Assembly (NCBI GenBank): GCA_018667855.1
Contig: JABIRL010000243.1
Span: 3,464-67,463, forward strand
From: Rhodospirillaceae bacterium
GTDB taxonomy: Bacteria; Pseudomonadota; Alphaproteobacteria; GCA-2731375
DNA: 64,000 bases
Direction of reading: 5' to 3'
The position numbers were made by a program, and so were the translations under genes. Every line of letters starts with the position of its first letter. Position 1 is the stretch's first letter. Shown here in pieces: positions 58,543 to 64,000 of the stretch. The notes under the pieces were generated by a model. It made no database searches. It saw only the letters and a program-made list of their open reading frames with translations, and was not told where the DNA came from.

Positions 58543-59331
58543 GTGGTAGATTTGTTTCAAACCCTGGCCGAGGCGCCGGCCGGCGTGTTGGAGATGGTGG
58601 GGGATTCTCTGGAAAATCGTGCCAAGGATCCGGCGCAGCAGGCTATTCTGGAAAGATACATAGGCGATCTTGATATTAATCCGGGCGCCGTGGTGGTTGA
58701 GATCGGCTGCGGAACGGGGCCGGTCTGTCGCCGCTTTGCCGAAATAGAAAACGTCGCGCGGGTTGTCGGTGTTGAACCGGCTTCCGCGTTGGTTGAGCGG
58801 GCCGGGACGTTGGCGGACAGCGATAAGCTTGAATTCCGGGTAGGCAGGGGAGAGGAAACTGGCCTTGCCGATGGTTCCGCGGATATCGTCGTCCTGCATA
58901 CATTGTTGAGCCATGTGCCGGACCAGAGCGCGATCCTGGACGAGGCGCTGCGACTGCTCCGGCCGGAAGGACAGTTGGTCGTTTGTGATGCGGATTTTTC
59001 CAAGACCTCCGTCGCCATCGGCGATGCCGATCCATTGCAGGCCTGTGTCGAAGGCAATGTCACCGACCGCTGGCTCTGCCCGCGATTGCCGGGACTGTTG
59101 AAGTCAAAAGATCTGGAAATCTCGGCGTTCAAGGGCCACAACCGAGTTGATGTCGCGGGCATAAGTACGGGCCCGGGATGGGTCAGGATGGGCGCTGACG
59201 CCTTGGTTGCCAGCGGCAGAATAAGCGAAACGGCGGGCGCGGCGCTGAAGGCGGAGTGCGAGGCGCGAATAGCGGCCGGACAGTTTTACGCCGCACTGCC
59301 GTTCGTCAGCGCCGTCGCCAGACGTTCCTAG
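58543..59331 (+). CDS. Class I SAM-dependent methyltransferase
   Basis: VVEIGCGTG motif I. Confidence 0.7.
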   Translation: MVDLFQTLAEAPAGVLEMVGDSLENRAKDPAQQAILERYIGDLDINPGAVVVEIGCGTGPVCRRFAEIENVARVVGVEPASALVERAGTLADSDKLEFRVGRGEETGLADGSADIVVLHTLLSHVPDQSAILDEALRLLRPEGQLVVCDADFSKTSVAIGDADPLQACVEGNVTDRWLCPRLPGLLKSKDLEISAFKGHNRVDVAGISTGPGWVRMGADALVASGRISETAGAALKAECEARIAAGQFYAALPFVSAVARRS

Positions 59332-59538
59332 AAATTTCGCCGTAACAGCGACGGCGTGGTCAATTCCGCTGGTCTGGCATGTTGGACAGTGTAGGCGCAA
59401 GGCGCACAGAAACCCCTTACCGGCCCTGTTGCCGATTTCGAAGGTAACCCGGCCATTGACGCCAATGCTCGAACCAGCCACAGCGGTTTGAAAAGCGTCT
59501 TCATCTGAAAAGACTGTCACGGCCGAATTAGCAACTGA

Positions 59539-60404
59539 CTAACCATCGTACTTGTCATCGAAATTCCGAAACAGCGCGGTGTTCACACGTTCGACCCAAT
59601 CGAAAATATTCTGAAAGTTCTCGTCGTACGCGTCTATTCGCTGGAGCCAAAGACGGAAAGGCTTGTTGGCGAATTTCAATGTCGGAGTGACGTAACGGAT
59701 GTCCGCCGGATGATGAAACGGGAAGGGTAAGAATGTTCCATCGTCGTTTCTGTCGAGGCACCAATCCATCGATTCGTTCCATGATCCATGTATTGACTCG
59801 GACATCATTCCATATGTGGCTGCGTAGAGATCGACATGTTCCACTTCTGCAAAGATGTCATAGAAGGGTTTTCCCTGAAGTCGCCACCGGTTTTTTTCTG
59901 TACATCGAAGTCTTGTGGGGTCAATTCCTCGAACTTCATTTTGTCGATCACGGATTTATGTAGCCTCTTTCCCGCCTTCGTTTCGAAAAATGGTGAGCCG
60001 TTCTCAATATCGCGCAAGATACGCAGTCGGTCTTTATAAGAACATTTCCGATAGTCTTCGATTACGTTTCCGTTATTTGTCATCAAAAATGTGGCAACGA
60101 CCGATGCCTCAATGAGAGGGCGTTCGAGGATGCTGATGATCTCCGCGTTGTCCTGTTCATAATACCTGATGATTTCCTTCAGGAGCTTCCAGACGCGGAC
60201 CAGCAAGCCAAGGATTGGTGCATCGTCGAGAGAGAATCCTGTAGGATTGCGCTCAATATTCTTTATTCTAGTTACGCAGTCATAAATCTCGGCTGCATCC
60301 TTATAGAAGTTGAGCGCAAACTCATTAAGCCCTTCTAGGGAATCCAGCTGATCTTGCACATATTCGGCGTCGTATTTTTCTGTAATTTTGCGAATCTCAT
60401 CCAT
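59539..60404 (-). pseudogene. Low-GC hypothetical gene split into two overlapping frames (199 aa + 101 aa); possible frameshifted horizontally acquired gene
   Basis: The two ORFs overlap by 40 bp in different frames (59805..59844). Composition is AT-rich relative to the rest of the window. No family recognised. Confidence 0.35.
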
Positions 60405-60627
60405 TCGGAATTATGTCACGGTCGCAAAGATACTTAGAATTTGAAATGCAAACGTTGCATCTATCTTACGCACTTTGTTGCTATTCGATTGCGAAGTGGA
60501 GGCCCGTAATATTTTAAATTGGGATGTCACTGCGTTGGAATCATTCCTTCAATTCAGAATCAGAAATGGTGGCTAGGCGCTCATCGTGTTTTAGTCTTCT
60601 GACTCGAAAAACCCTGGACCGCAACGT

Positions 60628-62367
60628 TCAGGCGCTGGCTGCCAGCGCTCCCTTGATCACCTGGCCGGGGAAATTGCCGGTGCTGTTGCCATCCTCGAAA
60701 GCGACCTGGCCGTTGACGATGGTGGCGTGGATGCCCTCGGCCTTTTGCACCAGGCGTCGGGCGCCACCGGGCAGGTCCTCTTCCACCGTGGGCAGGCAGG
60801 GCCTGACGTTGGCCTCGTCAAAAATCACCAGATCGGCGATATAACCGGTGCGGATCAGGCCCCGGTCCCTCATTTCCCAGGCCGAGGCATTGTCGAAGGT
60901 CAACATCCGCACCGCCTGTTCCAGGGTGAATTCCTGTCGCTGACGGACCCAGTAACTCAGCATATGGGTCTGTAGCGAGGAGCCCATTTCCTGGCAGACA
61001 TGGGCGCCGGAATCCGAGAATGTGGCCAGGGTCAACGGGTGCTTCAACATGCCCAGAACATCGTCCGGCATTTCGTTGACCAGGGGCTGGATGAAGATCT
61101 GGTCTTCGTTTTCCAGCACCAGATCGATCATGGTTTCCACCGGATGGTAATTGCCCGCCGCCGATAGTTCGGCCACCGTGGGATCGTTCCAATCGACCCC
61201 CTGCATGACGAAGATATTTTCGTAATCGGGCTTCAAGGGATTGGTCGTGGCGGCGCCGCCGCCCTGGAATTCATCCCCCCGGGGCTTCATCCCGGCCTCT
61301 GCCGCGACCAGCTCGCGGCGCACCTCCGGATCGCGGAGGCGTTGTTTCTGCTCGTCCAAGGGCAGGGCGCGCACGTCACGCCAACCGGGCAGATAGTCGA
61401 ACGGCAGGTAGGATTTGAGCGAGAACAGGGCGTTGATGGAGCGGGTGGTGGTCTGCCCGAACATGCGCCCGCCCATGGCCACGGTCTCCGCCATGTGGTC
61501 CAACTGGTATTGCCAATGGTTCGGCTCGGCGCCCTGGCGGGTCGAGATGGTGCCGAACATGACCGGCCGTCTGCTCTCCAACGCCACTTGCCGCAAACGG
61601 TCCAGAAAGACCCGCTGGGCGCCGCCGCTGGAAACATCAGGGCCAATCTGAAACACCCCGGCATTCAAATCCGCCATCTGGGCGGCGAGGTAATCGATCT
61701 CCTCCCATTCAGCGATACGGCTGGCGACGGGTCGTCCGTCCGGTGTGATGTGAGTGTTCGCGCGTGAGGTGGAAAATCCCACCGCGCCGGCTTCCAACGC
61801 TTCCCGCACTGCTGCGCCCATACGCTTCAGATCGTCCTCGTTCGCCGTTTCCTCCAACGCGCGAGACCCCATGGCGTACATGCGCAAGGCGGAATGGCCG
61901 ATATAGGAGCCATAATTCATGGCCTTGGGCAGGCGTTCCACGTTGGCCAGATATTCCGGGAAGGTCTCCCAGTTCCAGTCGATACCGGCCAGCATGGCCT
62001 CGGTCGGGATATCCTCCACCGCTTCCAGGCAGCGGGCGAACCATTCCCGCTCCTCTTCCTTGCAGGGCGCCAGGGCGAAGCCGCAATTGCCCATCAATAC
62101 GGATGTCACCCCGTGCCAGCAGGAACAACTGCCGATGGGGTCCCAGGCGATCTGGGCATCCATATGGGTATGGCCGTCAATGAAACCGGGCGCGACGATC
62201 AAGCCGTCCGCATCGATGGTTCGGGCCGCCGGCGTCCGGATCCGCCCGATTTCGACAATACGTCCGCCCAGGACACCCACATCGGCGCGAAACCGCGCCA
62301 TGCCGGAACCATCAACAATCGTGCCATTCCGAATAAGCAGATCCAAAGCCATGATATTTTTCCTCAA
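60628..62367 (-). CDS. N-acyl-D-amino-acid deacylase (D-aminoacylase) family amidohydrolase
   Basis: GFIDGHTHMD metal site and a D-aminoacylase-like length and architecture. Confidence 0.75.
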   Translation of the reverse strand: MRKNIMALDLLIRNGTIVDGSGMARFRADVGVLGGRIVEIGRIRTPAARTIDADGLIVAPGFIDGHTHMDAQIAWDPIGSCSCWHGVTSVLMGNCGFALAPCKEEEREWFARCLEAVEDIPTEAMLAGIDWNWETFPEYLANVERLPKAMNYGSYIGHSALRMYAMGSRALEETANEDDLKRMGAAVREALEAGAVGFSTSRANTHITPDGRPVASRIAEWEEIDYLAAQMADLNAGVFQIGPDVSSGGAQRVFLDRLRQVALESRRPVMFGTISTRQGAEPNHWQYQLDHMAETVAMGGRMFGQTTTRSINALFSLKSYLPFDYLPGWRDVRALPLDEQKQRLRDPEVRRELVAAEAGMKPRGDEFQGGGAATTNPLKPDYENIFVMQGVDWNDPTVAELSAAGNYHPVETMIDLVLENEDQIFIQPLVNEMPDDVLGMLKHPLTLATFSDSGAHVCQEMGSSLQTHMLSYWVRQRQEFTLEQAVRMLTFDNASAWEMRDRGLIRTGYIADLVIFDEANVRPCLPTVEEDLPGGARRLVQKAEGIHATIVNGQVAFEDGNSTGNFPGQVIKGALAASA

Positions 62368-62467
62368 ATGAAATCTATGCCGCAGCCATTAACAGCCTGG
62401 CGCGGCCCGTTTGTAAGAGTATGGAGGTCTGAAATTGGCGGCACAAGACAGCAATTCTCCCGAACCA

Positions 62468-63088
62468 TCAATCCGCCGCGACCTTGCGCATGGTCACGCG
62501 CGGAATCCAATTGCGGGGCACGCCTGACAGCGGTTCCCTGACAACCCGAAAACCAGCCCGGCGGAACAACGGTTCTGTGCCGAAATAGGCATTGTCTTCG
62601 CCCGTGCGGGCATCTCCGGCGCGCGGGTAAGCTTCGACAGCCGGCGCGCCCTGCTCAAAAGCATAGGCCGCAGCTGCCTGGATCAAGGCGACCGCGATGC
62701 CCTGGCCGCGGACCGTCTTGGCGACGGTGATGCAGGGAATGACCCACACGTCCGTGTCGTCTACGCGCGGCGTGGCCCGGCTGGCATCGACACGGCCAAA
62801 TTCGCCCCGGGGCGCGATGGCGACCCAGCCCACCGGTGCTTCGTCAACAAATGCCAGCAGGCCCGGCGCGCGCCGGCGGCGGGCCAGTTTCGTCATCGCG
62901 GCGCGCCGACGGAGGTTCATGGCGCCCTCGCCCGGCAGCTCGCGCATCTGTTTTTCGCTCAGGCGTGGATGCAGGCACCAGCAACTGCTGCCCCAACTGC
63001 CGCGCAGGATCGCGCCCAATTGATCCATTAGGCGCGGTGTCAAGGGCCGGATGATGGGGGTGGTGGATTTCGCGGCGTCGCTGCCCAT
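62468..63088 (-). CDS. GNAT family N-acetyltransferase
   Basis: RGQGIAVALIQAA acetyl-CoA-binding motif A. Confidence 0.7.
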   Translation of the reverse strand: MGSDAAKSTTPIIRPLTPRLMDQLGAILRGSWGSSCWCLHPRLSEKQMRELPGEGAMNLRRRAAMTKLARRRRAPGLLAFVDEAPVGWVAIAPRGEFGRVDASRATPRVDDTDVWVIPCITVAKTVRGQGIAVALIQAAAAYAFEQGAPAVEAYPRAGDARTGEDNAYFGTEPLFRRAGFRVVREPLSGVPRNWIPRVTMRKVAAD

Positions 63089-63102
63089 GGGCGAGCGGGC
63101 CG

Positions 63103-64000
63103 TCAGGCCATGCCCTCGAACAGTGCCGTGGACAGATAGCGTTCGGCGAAGGATGGCACGATGACCACGATGGTCTTGCCGTCGTTCTCGGGCCGCTCGG
63201 CAATCTCGACCGCCGCCGCCAGGGCCGCGCCGGATGATATACCCACCGGCAACCCCTCCAGTGCGGCGACCCGGCGGGCGGTATCGAAGGCTGTTTCGTT
63301 GCCGATGGTCAGGACCTCGTCGATGATATCCTGGTTCAGTACCGCTGGTATGATACCGGCGCCGATACCCTGAATTTTATGGGGTCCCGCTTCACCGCCC
63401 GACAGCACGGGGCTGTCCTCGGGCTCCACCGCGACCATCAGTATATCCGGCTTCAGCGCCTTCAAGGTTTCACCGATACCCGTGATGGTGCCTCCGGTGC
63501 CGACGCCGGCGACAACGATATCCACATTGCCGCCTGTGTCGTTCCAGATTTCCTGGGCTGTCGTATGGCGATGAATATCGGGATTGGCGGGATGCTCGAA
63601 TTGCTGCGGAATGGCCGCGTTCGGCAATTCGGCGGCCAGTTCCTCGGCCTTGCGGATGGCGCCGCCGATGGCTTCCTCGGCCGGCGTCAGGACCAACTCC
63701 GCGCCCAACAGGGTCAGCATGCGGCGGCGTTCAATAGACATGGAATCCGGCATGGTTAGAATAATGCGGTAACCCTTGGCGGCGGCGACAAAGGCCAGGG
63801 CAATGCCGGTATTGCCCGAAGTCGGTTCGACCAACACCGTATCCTGGTCGATCACGCCGGCGCGCTCCATGGCTTCGATCATGGCGACGCCGATCCGGTC
63901 CTTGACCGAGGCCAGGGGATTGAAAAATTCCAACTTGGCGAGAATTTCCGCCTTGACGCCGGCATCCTGTTGCAGGCGGGAGAGGCGGACCAGGGGCGTG
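63103..64000 (-). CDS. cysK: Cysteine synthase A (O-acetylserine sulfhydrylase), N-terminus beyond window
   Basis: PLP-fold blocks ([21 protein letters not shown]). The ORF is open through to the window end. Confidence 0.85.
   Translation of the reverse strand, partial: TPLVRLSRLQQDAGVKAEILAKLEFFNPLASVKDRIGVAMIEAMERAGVIDQDTVLVEPTSGNTGIALAFVAAAKGYRIILTMPDSMSIERRRMLTLLGAELVLTPAEEAIGGAIRKAEELAAELPNAAIPQQFEHPANPDIHRHTTAQEIWNDTGGNVDIVVAGVGTGGTITGIGETLKALKPDILMVAVEPEDSPVLSGGEAGPHKIQGIGAGIIPAVLNQDIIDEVLTIGNETAFDTARRVAALEGLPVGISSGAALAAAVEIAERPENDGKTIVVIVPSFAERYLSTALFEGMA

Overview
This is a GC-rich, gene-dense bacterial chromosomal segment whose gene content and order look alphaproteobacterial. The typical operons include ffh-rpsP-rimM-trmD-rplS, leuCDB, an FnrN/FnrL-type regulator and TAXI-type TRAP transporters. 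Nearly all long ORFs on the strand opposite a real gene are GC-driven artefacts and were rejected. Three blocks stand out.

(1) Bases 2858..12104 carry a co-directional minus-strand array next to a tRNA-Leu(CAA) gene. It encodes the complete 2-aminoethylphosphonate (2-AEP) pathway: a PEP mutase fused to a cytidylyltransferase, phosphonopyruvate decarboxylase, and AEP:pyruvate transaminase. It also encodes a soluble Cys-type sulfatase / phosphonate-monoester-hydrolase-like enzyme, a polytopic-membrane LicD phosphotransferase, a second LicC-type cytidylyltransferase and an extra trans-prenyl-diphosphate synthase. This is the best candidate for an undescribed phosphonate-tailoring system that decorates a glycan or lipid with a C-P head group.

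(2) Bases 27469..37438 carry a lipid A/Kdo block (lpxL-like, lpxK, waaA, DUF374, msbA). It is flanked by a ferritin-like diiron protein and two tandem acyl-CoA dehydrogenases.

(3) Bases 41960..58503 carry a mixed oxygenase/catabolic block: GMC oxidoreductase, Rieske oxygenase, an M29-like peptidase, LLM and FAD monooxygenases, a nucleoside hydrolase and an acyl-CoA synthetase. leuA sits inside this block, and a TAXI-TRAP system with two fused permeases lies next to it.

Other notable items are a translationally coupled TauD-like dioxygenase and GpdQ/CpdA-like metallophosphoesterase pair, and a family of CAATTG-centred palindromic repeats, including a MITE-like nested-hairpin element. Several in-frame tandem repeats sit inside housekeeping genes (trmD, rimM, msbA). 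Near the 3' end there is a low-GC insert with a frameshift-split ORF of unknown function.
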